Part shown: piece after piece, positions 8,661 to 19,400 of the stretch
How the letters are laid out: each line of letters starts with the position of its first letter
How positions within the stretch are numbered: position 1 is the stretch's first letter
Assembly (NCBI GenBank): GCA_963667175.2
Contig: CAXXXF010000005.1
Coordinates: 22,431-86,430, forward strand
Length of the DNA stretch: 64,000 nucleotides
Direction of reading: 5' to 3'
From: Candidatus Latescibacterota bacterium
GTDB lineage: Bacteria; Latescibacterota; UBA2968; GCA-2709665
Notes under the pieces: generated by a model
What the model was told of the DNA's origin: nothing
The model's input: the letters and a program-made list of their open reading frames with translations, nothing else
Database searches by the model: none
Position numbers and translations under genes: made by a program

Positions 8661-9912
8661 TGTCCCGTCCCAAAAACACCTCAGCATTCGGCCGCCGATT
8701 CATTCCGTCTCGCAGCGTTGCCTTCGCTCGCCGACCCCGCCCGGGTCGCCTGCACTCAGGCGCCTTGCGAGCCTGGGGACTCGTCGGCCGAATTCAGGCA
8801 ACCTATCTCCGGGACGGAACGCCTGGCGATCCGGCGTTCGCCTCATCGGAAAAACAAGCGGCCGGTTCGTCTTCTTTGCCCTGTCCATGTTTGTTCTTGT
8901 ATCGGGTTGTTCGCTCTATTTCGACGACGAAGAGCCGGAGCAGTTTTACGAAATCGAAGATTTCGAGATCCTGAAACTCGGCGTGAATATTTCTGATATG
9001 GTCATGGACCCGATCCAGCCGTATCTGTACCTTGCCGACTACGGAAACAACCGGATACTGCGCATTCACACCGGCAGGCAGATGGTGGTGGAAGGGAGCC
9101 TTCAGGTAGGTTCGCACCCCATCGACATCGACGTCACTCCGGACCAGCGCCGTCTGGTGGTGGGACTGAACGGCGAATCGAACCTGAAAATAATCGACCT
9201 GAATGCGTTCGCCATCCTGAAGACCGTTCCGTTTTCGCTGAATGACATATCCCACGTCGTCTGCGGGACCGATTCGATTGTCTACGTGTCCTCGCTGGAT
9301 GAACCGCTGCTGATTGCGGTATCCATTGCAGACAATCTGGAAACCAGCGGGAACGTGCGTTCGGGCGCACTGCTGATGAACCACCGCGACCGTAAGCTTT
9401 TCGTTGCCGCCAGGAACAATGTCCTGAAATACGACGCCTCAGGGCATTTCCCAACGACAGAGACCACCTCAACCCGCTTCAGTTTCTCCGCCAGGATCAA
9501 CGATTTCGTCATGGGACCTTCCAACGACCATCTCTTTCTTGGGCTGGCGGACCCGGACGATCGCGGCAACGTCAAGGATCTGTGGGTATTCAGCGCCCGC
9601 GATCTGACGCTGACGGGCAAATACGAAATCAAGTCTCCCGCTCTGGGGCTTGCGTTGAGCCGCGACGGCCGACGTCTGTTCGTCGCGCCCACAGACGCCG
9701 ATGAAGCAGGTGTGTTTATCGTTGAATTCAATACGCAGACAAAACTGGAGACGAACTATCTTCTCGCGGCCGGAAATCTCAAAGAACGCGGCATCGTCAT
9801 CGATAACGACGATCGGAATCTTTACGTCGCGGTCTATACGCCCGGCGACGACGATACGTTCGAGCCCTACAATGTCGACTCGTTCGATCTTCAGCGAATC
9901 AGAATCGACTGA
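8644..9912 (+). CDS. YncE/YVTN-like beta-propeller lipoprotein (true start uncertain, possibly near 8887)
   Basis: Hydrophobic stretch ending in lipobox LVSG|C; repeats such as VGSHPIDIDVTPD and LGLALSRDGRRLFV. Confidence 0.7.
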   Translation: MSSRSSVPSQKHLSIRPPIHSVSQRCLRSPTPPGSPALRRLASLGTRRPNSGNLSPGRNAWRSGVRLIGKTSGRFVFFALSMFVLVSGCSLYFDDEEPEQFYEIEDFEILKLGVNISDMVMDPIQPYLYLADYGNNRILRIHTGRQMVVEGSLQVGSHPIDIDVTPDQRRLVVGLNGESNLKIIDLNAFAILKTVPFSLNDISHVVCGTDSIVYVSSLDEPLLIAVSIADNLETSGNVRSGALLMNHRDRKLFVAARNNVLKYDASGHFPTTETTSTRFSFSARINDFVMGPSNDHLFLGLADPDDRGNVKDLWVFSARDLTLTGKYEIKSPALGLALSRDGRRLFVAPTDADEAGVFIVEFNTQTKLETNYLLAAGNLKERGIVIDNDDRNLYVAVYTPGDDDTFEPYNVDSFDLQRIRID

Positions 9913-9963
9913 CGAACCCGCACCGCCCGGGCAATCCGTTGTTGCGGCCGTACGCAGAACGGT

Positions 9964-10692
9964 TTACGGTCGGACGCGTCCGCCCTGTATTTCGCGATAG
10001 GTTCTGCACAGACGGGAAACAGGACAAACGCCGCAGGAAGGGTTTCTGGCGGTACACACCGTCTTGCCGAAATCAACCATGTTCATGTGAAACGGCCTGG
10101 CCTGGCCCTCAGGGACCAGAGGCGCGAGTTCCGTGTGTGCTTTCTCGCGACCGCATCGCGCCGAGACTACCCCAACCCGACGCAGAACGCGATACACGTG
10201 CGTATCCACCGCGCACAGGTCGCGGTCGAAGGCAAAGGCCAGCACAATGTAGGCCGTCTTGATCCCGATGCCTCGATGTTCCGTCAACAGGGTGACCGCG
10301 GCCCGGTTCGGCAGGTCCCTGAGAAAGTCCAGATTCAAGCTCCCCCGTTCTTGGTCCAACCAACATAGAAACCCCTGCATATTCGGGGCCTTCGAATTCG
10401 CCAGGCCCGCCACGCGGATGGCGTCCTTCAGTGCCGTTGCGTCTGCTGCCATCACGTCACGCCAATCCGGAAACCGCGCACGCATCCTGTCGTACGCCCT
10501 GTCCCGGTTCTCGTCATTCGTGTTCTGGGACAGGATGGTCCGCATCAGCGCATCGAGGCCGTCCGGACGTACGCGTTTGAGGTCCCGGGATGAGCCGCCG
10601 AACGTTTCATCGAGCACCCTGCACATTTCTGCAATCACTGCCACACGCGCCTGACGCGGCGGGCCTTTCCACCACGCATCCAGAGCAATCAT
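9964..10692 (-). CDS. nth: Endonuclease III-family HhH-GPD DNA glycosylase with 4Fe-4S motif
   Basis: ILSQNTND, GIGIKTA, VDTHV and CTARNPSCGVCPVSRLC motifs. Confidence 0.88.
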   Translation of the reverse strand: MIALDAWWKGPPRQARVAVIAEMCRVLDETFGGSSRDLKRVRPDGLDALMRTILSQNTNDENRDRAYDRMRARFPDWRDVMAADATALKDAIRVAGLANSKAPNMQGFLCWLDQERGSLNLDFLRDLPNRAAVTLLTEHRGIGIKTAYIVLAFAFDRDLCAVDTHVYRVLRRVGVVSARCGREKAHTELAPLVPEGQARPFHMNMVDFGKTVCTARNPSCGVCPVSRLCRTYREIQGGRVRP

Positions 10693-11009
10693 CGGCGACC
10701 TCTTCGAAATGCGGTCGGCCTCCGGCAGCCGATATCCAGGCGTTGACGGCGCCCGTCCGGCGTCAACGTCCGTTCACGCTTTTTCTGCCGCGGAATACCG
10801 AACCGTAATGCGAATTTCAATTTCGACAACCTGCGCCGGGGAAGTTCCCTTTCAGGCCGCGAGACTTGACTTGCAACCCGTCGATACCGATATTTCGAAT
10901 AGGCCAACACGGGAAAGTCGCCGATGACGGACATCATGCCAGTGTTTTAGGGACCGATCGTGTATGGCGATTCTCCTTCCGATAGCGGCCTCTCACCGGG
11001 CATCCTTCT

Positions 11010-12359
11010 ATGCGCATCGACCTCCGGTTTCTGGATACGGGCAAGGCCATCCGGGACCCAATCTGGGGACACATCCACGTTCCCCACTATCTGGTTCCGC
11101 TCGTTGACGCCGAGGAATTCCAGCGCCTGCGCGACATCTCGCAACTTGGCCATGTACTTCTCGTGTATCCAGGGGCGCGCCACTCCCGGTTCGAACATTC
11201 TCTGGGTGTCTTTCATATCACAGGGCAGTTTCTGCGCCGGCTTGTCCTTGCGGACCCGCCCCTGGACGTCACGACCGATGATGCACGCGTCTTGCTGGCG
11301 GCCAGCCTGCTGCACGACGTCGGACACTACCCGTTCTGCCACGTGCTCGAAGAAATGCAGATGTTCTTCTCCGATCACGAGGAGCGCGGACGGCAGATCA
11401 TCCTCGACGCCTCTACGGAAGTCAACCGCGCCCTGAACCTGGCGGAGACGGACCCCCTTCGGGTGGCGAACGTGATCGACTATCGCAACCAAAACGTATC
11501 CATCCCCGATGAGGACCTGCGCCTGGCGCACATTCTGAGCGGCACACTCGATCCGGACAAAATCGACTACCTGCTGAGAGACGCGCGCTACTGCGGCGTG
11601 CCGTTCGGAGAATCCGTCAACCGCGACCGCCTGTTGGGCTCGATAACCTACGATCCGAAGGGACAGCGCCCTGCAATCACCTACAAGGGCGTCTCAGCGG
11701 TGGAAGCCCTTGTATTCACCAGCTATCTGATGTACCGAAACGTGTACTGGCACCACGCGGTGCGGTCTGCCAACGCAATGTTCAAACGTGGCGTCCAGGA
11801 CCTGTTGCACCATGACGCGTCCAGCCTTGGCGAAGTAGACTTCAACCGGGCGACGGAAGCCGACCTGATTCATCGTCTGGAACTGGAAATGGACCGACTG
11901 GGCGTCGATCGACGAAACAGCATGATCGGGCGTCTGAAACGCCGAAAACTGCATAAGGTCGCCCGAGTCTTCTTCCCCCACGAGCGAGAAAAGGGACTGG
12001 CCCCCAAACTCGAAAGGTTGTATTACCATCCGACGGACAGGCGCATGCTCGAAATTGAACTGTGCAGGGCGTTCGGCACGAAGACCGGGCTCCCCCTCAA
12101 CGGCGACGAAATCCTCATCGATATTCCCCGAATTGGCAAGAGCCCCGAAGTAAACCTGAACGTCTACTTCGGGTCCCACATCCCTGTCGACAAGGCCGAC
12201 CCCCTCCAATTCGACGACCCGGAAGTATCCATGCTCAAGGAGTACTTGATCGGCAACTTTGAAACGCAGGCCAGGGTCGCACGTATCTTCTGCGTCGATA
12301 ACCCGTTGCTGAGAGAGGCACTGAAGGCCGACGTAATCGACCACATCAAGGCTGCCTGA
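11010..12359 (+). CDS. HD-domain phosphohydrolase, SAMHD1/dNTP triphosphohydrolase-like
   Basis: DPIWGHI, FQRLRDISQLG, HSRFEHSLG, LLHDVGH, DPDKIDYLLRD, MYRNVYWH motifs. Confidence 0.9.
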   Translation: MRIDLRFLDTGKAIRDPIWGHIHVPHYLVPLVDAEEFQRLRDISQLGHVLLVYPGARHSRFEHSLGVFHITGQFLRRLVLADPPLDVTTDDARVLLAASLLHDVGHYPFCHVLEEMQMFFSDHEERGRQIILDASTEVNRALNLAETDPLRVANVIDYRNQNVSIPDEDLRLAHILSGTLDPDKIDYLLRDARYCGVPFGESVNRDRLLGSITYDPKGQRPAITYKGVSAVEALVFTSYLMYRNVYWHHAVRSANAMFKRGVQDLLHHDASSLGEVDFNRATEADLIHRLELEMDRLGVDRRNSMIGRLKRRKLHKVARVFFPHEREKGLAPKLERLYYHPTDRRMLEIELCRAFGTKTGLPLNGDEILIDIPRIGKSPEVNLNVYFGSHIPVDKADPLQFDDPEVSMLKEYLIGNFETQARVARIFCVDNPLLREALKADVIDHIKAA

Positions 12360-12557
12360 CGAAGCAATTGAAGACCCGCTCCGAGACCCGCGGCGGCGTG
12401 CTCGATTGGCCCGTACGCTCGCGGGTACCGGATCCCCTGATGCGCAAGATCGGTCGAGTTTTGCCTTGACACAAACCGGTAAATGTTCTTACCTTTCGGT
12501 TTGTCATGCTTACAAACACTCTTTGGCACAAAAGCAACTGACGAAAGGCGCTTTCGC

Positions 12558-13532
12558 ATGTTGAAAAGAAACCTGACGCTGATGGTCATACCGCACAATA
12601 GAGATCAGATGCGTCAAGTCAGGGCCTCGCGCCCCACCGTGTGGGGTATCGGGGCCGTATTGCTGTTCGGGAGTCTTACCCTCGCCGTCGTCTTCTATAC
12701 GCTTGGGTATTTTGTGAATCACCAGCAGGAGAAAAGACTGCTGGCGCTGACGTCTGAAAACTCCGTACTCAAACAACAGGTCAACCGGTTGCAGCAGAGG
12801 GTGGAAGGTTTACGGGAAAACGTCAACGATCTCACGGAGATGGACCGCATGTTCCGGTCCTGGGTCAATCTGGCGGAACCGGGTGATGAGATGCGGAAAG
12901 TGGGCGTGGGCGGCAATTCCAATGGTGAACCGGAGTGGGAAGGCCGCGTGCCTCAGGAAATTGGCAACCGGCTTTCAAAGGCACACACCGACGTGGACCA
13001 GCTCTTGCGGGAAGCCCGTTTCCTCGAAGACAGTTACGAGCACATTGCCTCCATCCTCAATCGGAACGAAATCGCCCGGCTGCATACCCCTTCCATTCTT
13101 CCTGTACCGCCTGAGTCTGGCTGCTGGATTTCATCGGGTTTTGGCTACCGCACGAATCCTTTTTCCGGCGCCAGGCAGTTTCATAAAGGCATCGACATCG
13201 CCGGGCGGTCCGGCACGAAGATTCTCGCCACCGCCAACGGCCGGGTGGAGTCAGTGGGCAAAGACAGGCATCTGGGCTGGTACATTTCTCTCGATCACGA
13301 CCCGTTTTACAGGACGTTGTACGCCCACTTGCAGGAAAAACCGTCGCTGGGAGCGGGCGAACTCGTCACACGCGGCCAGGCGATTGGAAAAATGGGAAGA
13401 TCCGGTCGCGCAACGGCGCCACATCTTCACTATGCCGTTACCAAGAGAGCCGGGGAGAAGGAAATCCTGGAAAATCCCCGCAAATACATCCACGAAAAGA
13501 ACGGCCGTAGAAGCCGCCTGTCCCGTTTCTAA
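12558..13532 (+). CDS. M23 family metallopeptidase with N-terminal TM helix and coiled coil
   Basis: HKGIDIA, YAHL and PHLHY M23 motifs. Confidence 0.92.
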   Translation: MLKRNLTLMVIPHNRDQMRQVRASRPTVWGIGAVLLFGSLTLAVVFYTLGYFVNHQQEKRLLALTSENSVLKQQVNRLQQRVEGLRENVNDLTEMDRMFRSWVNLAEPGDEMRKVGVGGNSNGEPEWEGRVPQEIGNRLSKAHTDVDQLLREARFLEDSYEHIASILNRNEIARLHTPSILPVPPESGCWISSGFGYRTNPFSGARQFHKGIDIAGRSGTKILATANGRVESVGKDRHLGWYISLDHDPFYRTLYAHLQEKPSLGAGELVTRGQAIGKMGRSGRATAPHLHYAVTKRAGEKEILENPRKYIHEKNGRRSRLSRF

Positions 13533-13564
13533 TGGTCTTTCCATAAATCAAGCCCCGGGAGGAA

Positions 13565-13589
13565 GGCGCATCGACGATGCGCCCTTTTT
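13565..13589 (+). terminator. Rho-independent terminator after the M23 gene
   Basis: ggcgcatc-gac-gatgcgcc stem-loop followed by ctttttc. Confidence 0.65.
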
Positions 13590-13609
13590 CTTGTACGGCG
13601 TCGAATCCG

Positions 13610-14680
13610 CTACCGTCTGGTCCTGGCCAGCAAGCCAGCGCCCAGACACAAAAACAGGATATTGGCGGCCCAGGAGCTCCACAGCGGTGGGAGAATGCCG
13701 TTCCAGCCCATGACCCGACCGGCCTGAATGCACCCATAATAGACAAACGAAATCAGCAGGCAGAAACCCACAAGAAGAGGCTTCCCCGCACGCTGGGTCC
13801 GGGACGAAAGGGAGATACCGAATAACGCCATTACGAAACCTGAGAACGGAAACGACAGGCGCATATGGCGCGCGACCTCTACCCGTATCGAGTCGTCGCC
13901 CATGCGTCGTTTGCGAAGAATGAACTCGCTAAGCTCGGAATAGCTGAGCTCATCCGCGGATCGAACTTCCCGCGCAAGGTCCTCGGGTCTCAGCGTGACA
14001 CGCCGCGCTGGCATCTCCTGGAACCGGATCACATGTTCGGCGCCGTCCGCTGGAAACCGTCTCAATTCGCCCCTGAGAAACGTCCACCTATCGTTCTGCC
14101 ACGTCATCTCCCCGGCACGCAGTTTTTCGACCAGACGCGTTCCGTCGTACCTGTCGAGCATCACTTCCGTTCCGCGCGCTTCATTGCGGAAGTAGGCGCC
14201 GACCGATAGGATTTGTCCGTCCACGTCCTGCAGGATAACCTGCGAGACCATGGGATTGAAGACGGCCTGACGCCTGACTTGAGAAATGGACGCTCGTTTG
14301 CGGTTTGCGCCCGGCATCACCCGGTCGGTCAGGAAAAACGATACGGCACACACCAGAAAGGCCGCCGCAAGAACCGGCGCGGCAACACGGTAGAGAGATA
14401 TACCGGCGGACTTCATTGCTGCGAGCTCACCGAAACGAGCGAGACCGCCAAAGCAAAAGAGACTCGCCAGCAACATCGCCATGGGCAACGTCAGAACTCC
14501 CATATATGGGATGGATAGCATATAGTACAAAAGGATCGTTCCACCGCCCACACCTCTGTCTATGAAGCCACTGAGCCGTCCTGCCAGGTCCACAACAACG
14601 AATACGGCCAGGAATCCCGAAAAGCAAAGCGCCAGGTATACGAGGAACTGTCTGCTTACGTATCGACTCAGGATGCGCAC
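13610..14680 (-). CDS. lptG: LPS export permease LptG (YjgP/YjgQ family)
   Basis: VRILSRYV start (GTG 14680), GELAAMKSAGISLYR motif, 3+3 TM layout; overlaps the lptF stop. Confidence 0.88.
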   Translation of the reverse strand: MRILSRYVSRQFLVYLALCFSGFLAVFVVVDLAGRLSGFIDRGVGGGTILLYYMLSIPYMGVLTLPMAMLLASLFCFGGLARFGELAAMKSAGISLYRVAAPVLAAAFLVCAVSFFLTDRVMPGANRKRASISQVRRQAVFNPMVSQVILQDVDGQILSVGAYFRNEARGTEVMLDRYDGTRLVEKLRAGEMTWQNDRWTFLRGELRRFPADGAEHVIRFQEMPARRVTLRPEDLAREVRSADELSYSELSEFILRKRRMGDDSIRVEVARHMRLSFPFSGFVMALFGISLSSRTQRAGKPLLVGFCLLISFVYYGCIQAGRVMGWNGILPPLWSSWAANILFLCLGAGLLARTRR

Positions 14681-15966
14681 GGCCTGCCTCTCCACACCCC
14701 GAAACGCCACTCGAGCAAGGCGCCCCACACGAGCCAGGAACCGCACGAGAGAACGATGAAGTTGGGACTCCACATGGCAACCCACGGCGCGACGTACCCG
14801 CGATCGGCGAGCGTTTCCCCGCTGATCAGACAGAGCCACCATAGGAGAAAAAACCCAATGCTGATTCCTGCGCCGACAGCGGGGCTGCTCCCACGTACCC
14901 GGATGCCGAGCGGGGCGCCAACCAAAATGAAGACAACGCAAGCAACGGGAATCGAGAGCTTCTTATGGATCTCCACCCGGTACCGATCCGCCTGGCGGAG
15001 CTTGTGACGTCGAATCGCGGTTTCGGTACGGAAACGTGTGGCCAGGTCCGCCACGACACCGTAAGCCCTGCGTTCGGCCCCCGGCGCGAAAAGCAGGCGT
15101 TGCAGAGCCGAAGCCGCGCTGTCCGCAGTTTCGGTCTGCAGGGCCGACGCCTCCCGCTGATAGGCATTCACCCTGTCCATCATTGCCCCCAGTCCCATCT
15201 CTCTGTCCGTCCGATACTGCGACATGGTGCGTATGAGTTGCCGCCCGGCTTCGCCGAGTCGCAGATTCTTCCTTTTGAAACTTGCCCGGAAATAGACGTC
15301 GGGATCTGACGCATCCACCCGATGCCACTCCCCGTTCTCCAGCGTCACCAGCGCTTCGTCGTTTTCGCCGTCAATTCGAATCCGGCCGGTTTCGGCCGCA
15401 ATGGATACCGGAAATCCCCCTGCTTCGTACTTATATATCAGGACGTCCCTGAGTACCGAAGTCCGCCTGTCGATATCGCCTATCAGAATCCGGAAGTTGG
15501 CGAAATCATGGATGAAGACGCCGCTGCGGTCATCCAGGGCGACTGCGGGACGCTTGCGCTGAATATCCCCCATGAGCAGCCGCGCTCTATAGTTGAACTC
15601 GGGCAGTACCCGGTCATTGAAGGCAACCAGCCCGATCGAAAGCGCGACCCCTGCCATCAGCACCGGCCAGATCACCCGGAAGACCCCGATACCGAGGGCT
15701 TGCATGGCGGAGATTTCACCGTCGGCGCCCAGTCGGCCAAAGGCCATCAGGGTGGCGACCAGAACCGCCATTGGTACCGCCAGGGCGATCATCCATGCGG
15801 TATTCAGCAGGAACAACTCCAGAACCACGCCCGGCGCAATGCCCTTTCCCAGCATCAGATCCATCTTCTGAAGAATCAGATCGACGACCAGGAGAAACAT
15901 GATAACCGAGAATGCGAAAACAAACGGCGTGACGTGCTCTTTAAGGACATATCTGGACAGCACCAT
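14668..15966 (-). CDS. lptF: LPS export permease LptF (YjgP/YjgQ family)
   Basis: MVLSRYVLKE, FGRLGADGEISAM and EIHKKLSIPVAC motifs. Confidence 0.9.
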   Translation of the reverse strand: MVLSRYVLKEHVTPFVFAFSVIMFLLVVDLILQKMDLMLGKGIAPGVVLELFLLNTAWMIALAVPMAVLVATLMAFGRLGADGEISAMQALGIGVFRVIWPVLMAGVALSIGLVAFNDRVLPEFNYRARLLMGDIQRKRPAVALDDRSGVFIHDFANFRILIGDIDRRTSVLRDVLIYKYEAGGFPVSIAAETGRIRIDGENDEALVTLENGEWHRVDASDPDVYFRASFKRKNLRLGEAGRQLIRTMSQYRTDREMGLGAMMDRVNAYQREASALQTETADSAASALQRLLFAPGAERRAYGVVADLATRFRTETAIRRHKLRQADRYRVEIHKKLSIPVACVVFILVGAPLGIRVRGSSPAVGAGISIGFFLLWWLCLISGETLADRGYVAPWVAMWSPNFIVLSCGSWLVWGALLEWRFGVWRGRPCAS

Positions 15967-16287
15967 GTCACGTCTCCGGGGAACCGTGTGTTTTCAAAAG
16001 AGTTAAAGATACTGGCCCAAGAAGACGCAAGAATATACGGGAAATTTTCGCCGACGGTAGCCCTTTCTCGCCCCCTTACGCGTCCCGGATGTGGATTTTT
16101 CTATATAACTATTTGTTTATATTATTCTTATTCGCAATCTTCCCGGTTAGGGTTTTCCCTTGATCTTTAACGCGGTGTTCGGTATTTTTAACCTGACAGG
16201 CCGTTGATAAGGTCCATCCGGGCTGCGTCCGGTCCTTGTGACCGAAATACGGCGTCGCGCTCCCCGCATCTAAAGATTCGAGTCGGT

Positions 16288-16321
16288 CGCCTGCCTGTGC
16301 GTGTCCGCACGCAGACAGGCG
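16288..16321. repeat. REP-like GC-rich palindrome
   Basis: cgcctgcctgtgcg-tgtc-cgcacgcagacaggcg shares the CCTGCCTG...CAGGCAGG arm with the hairpin at 1583-1615. Confidence 0.5.
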
Positions 16322-16440
16322 CGCCTTGTCTCCGGCCACAACGACTCGACCTCGCCTGCTAAGCGACTTTTTCAACGGACTGCAGACTCTCTTCCACTTC
16401 GCCTGGACCCTTTCCCTTTCGAGAACTGTCCGAATCACGC

Positions 16441-19400
16441 ATGCAGATCCCAAATATCTTCAAAGATTCACAGAGGGGAACGTACCTTCCGTCGCGTGCG
16501 GTCCTCGCCTGGGCATTTTGCACGTGTCTTCTTGCCGATTCGGAACCGCTCCGGGCCGAACCGGGCATCAGGCTCTCCTTCGGAAAGACACCTGCGCACG
16601 TTTTCCATCGTTCCCCCGGAAAGCTGACCTATTCCCGTTCCACCGCCTTTCAGCCTCTCTTTCGACAGCGCCGGAAGTTCACCCAGACGGTGACCCGCCT
16701 GCTCAGTACGGGTACCGGCACACTGATGGTCTATCGCGCCAGCGGCGACGTTGTCCATGGCATACCGGCCGTCATCACCTTGAAGGGTCTGTCCGCGTAC
16801 AAATTCGACGCGGATTTCGGTCGTGTGGCCGCTGAAAAGCTAAGCCTGCCCGTGAGGGCACGGCGGGGCGCCGGCGGCGCGCTGGTGGATATCAAGATTC
16901 CCGTCAAGGTACCCAGGGCCCTGAGTGTCATTACCGGTGAAGGCGACACCAATATCAAGATAACCGGATCGCGGCGCATCGATCTGTCCGGCGTGAATAC
17001 CACAGTGGGCGGACAGGCGCAGACCGTGCGCGCAAGGGCGGCCGAAGGCTTCACCGTCAATTTCGAGCAGGAATCCCAACTGAATGTCCAGGGCACCATC
17101 GGCGACCGCATTACGCTGAACCTCCAGCAGGACAGCCGCGGTCAATCCGATATCAGTGAATCGCTCCAATTCCGGTACGACGGAGACGAAGACGACATTA
17201 TCCAGGAGATTGAGGCGGGCAGGACGTCGCTCAGCCTGCCCGGCACCCGACTGGTCGGCTTCAGTTCGTCCAACCGAAGCGGTCTGTTCGGACTCAAGGG
17301 CCGAGGACGCCTGGGCGGATTGGACGTGACGGTGGTGACAAGCCACGACCGTGGCGCAAGCAACCGGAAATCCTTCCAGGGTCAGGCGGAGGAAGTCGCA
17401 CACAGAATACGTGACTATGAATACGAAGAAAACCGTTACTTTTTTCTCGATCTTGTGTATCGCCAGAGTTTTCCGGACGAACCCGCCCTTCAGGACCTGG
17501 TGGACATCGGATCCGTACGGGTCTTCATTAACGACTTCAACGACCGCAACGACATCGAGCAGCGCGCCGGGCGCGGGATCGCTTACGCGTTCTGGTCCAC
17601 CGGACCCGCTCCGGCGCCCGATGCCGGCGCCAATGGGGCGCAGAGCGGGGGCGTCGAAGAGGGGTTCTTCCACGAACTGGAACGCTCCGAGTTTCTGGTG
17701 GACGCCAGGGGATATCTGATCATGACCCGCCAGAGAGTCCTGCGAGGTCATACGCTTGCGGTCGCATACCGGACGTCCGACGGGCGGGTCTTCGGCGACC
17801 TGAATTTCATCCAGGACCCCTCGAATCCGGACGCGAAGATCAGCCTGAAGCTCATTCACGCCCGACAGCAGCGGCCGGAATTCCCAACCTGGGACCTCGC
17901 GTGGCGAAACGTGTACTTCCTGGGAGACCGCGACATCGAGCCTGAGGGTTTTGAACTGGAGATCCTCAGAGACGTGGCCGGTCAGGAGGCGATTGACAAC
18001 CAGCGTGGTACGCCTTTCCTCCAAATCTTCGGCCTGGACAAACACACCAACGGCGCGTCGGAGTCCTCCCCTCCGGACAACCTCATCGACATCGACGGCG
18101 GCACGAACCTGCCCGGACTCAATCTGCTGACCGGCCACCTTGTCTTTCCGGACCTGGAGCCATTCGGCGAACGCGGCGCCGGCGCGGAGGCGCTGTCGGA
18201 CGACGCCCGCGTGCCCGAAATCTACAACACCACAAATAACACCACACGAGCACAAAAGGGACAGTACTTCCTGCGCATCCGTTCGAAGTTCAGGTCCACG
18301 AAGTTCAACCTGGGTTTCGGCCTGATCGAAGACAGCGAGGAGGTCCTGTTGAACAATCGCCGGCTGACGCGCGGGCGGGACTACCTCATCGAATACGAAC
18401 GCGGTCAGGTCGAGTTGGTTGGCGAAGCGGCGGACCTCGCGGCCGATCCCTCCGCCAACCTGGTGATCAATTACGGGTCCAAGGGCCTGAGTGGACTGGG
18501 AGGCGGGCAGAAGAGCCTCGTCGGCATCCGGGCGGAACACCCGTTCCGCGACAATGTCTCCATGGTAGGAATGAGCCTGCTCTACGGTAGCGAAAGCGCC
18601 AGGACCCAGCGGGTTCGCGTGGGCGAGGAGCCGGCCCGGACGTTGATCTGGGACTTGAACGGCAGATTCCGTTTCAAACCGCAGATCCTCACCGACTTCG
18701 TGAACAGGCTGCCGTTTATTTCCACCCAGGCGCCCTCGGCATTCAACGTGGACATGGAAATCGCGCAGAGCCTGCCCAACCCGAACGTCAAAAACGTGGC
18801 ATATATTGACGATTTTGAAGGCGCAGAGACTCGCAAGACGTTTTCCACCTTCAAATACGTGTGGTCGGCCGGCAGCAACCCAACGCGGAACGGTCTCCCG
18901 CTATCCGAGCCGAAGGGACGCCTCACCTGGTATAATCTGGTGGACCGCGACCGGTTTTCCATCTACGAAATACAACCGGGGCGAGACGATATTCCGGTGG
19001 AAAGCAGCATTGTCGACGATGTTCTCAGCATTCGGTTCGAGCCGCATCGGACCAACGGCTTTCCTGAAACGTCACGGAATCCTGCAGGCGGCCTCCCTCA
19101 AAACTCCTGGGCGGGGATTTCGACGTACCTGTTTGGCATGGACTTCTCTCGATCCAAGTTTATCGAACTCTGGATACGGGGTAATTCGGGCCGGCTGCAC
19201 ATCGACCTCGGTGAAATCTCCGAACGTGCCGATCTGCTGCTCGATCACGCAACGTTTCATCCGCCGCCTCCCGGGCAGTTTCGTACCGAAGACCAACCTC
19301 TCCCGGGCTTTCCTACGGGCGACGACGTGGCGATTCCCGAAGAGGACATCGGCCTGGACGGCCTGACCGACGCGCAGGAAGATTCGGTCTTCAGGCTGAT

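Noticed and set aside
16840-18540. Long antisense ORFs (e.g. 16840-18540, 33552-35171, 38318-39514, 56623-58269, 59623-61095)
   Set aside because: They are shadows of well-supported genes on the opposite strand, common in GC-rich DNA, and have no recognisable motifs.
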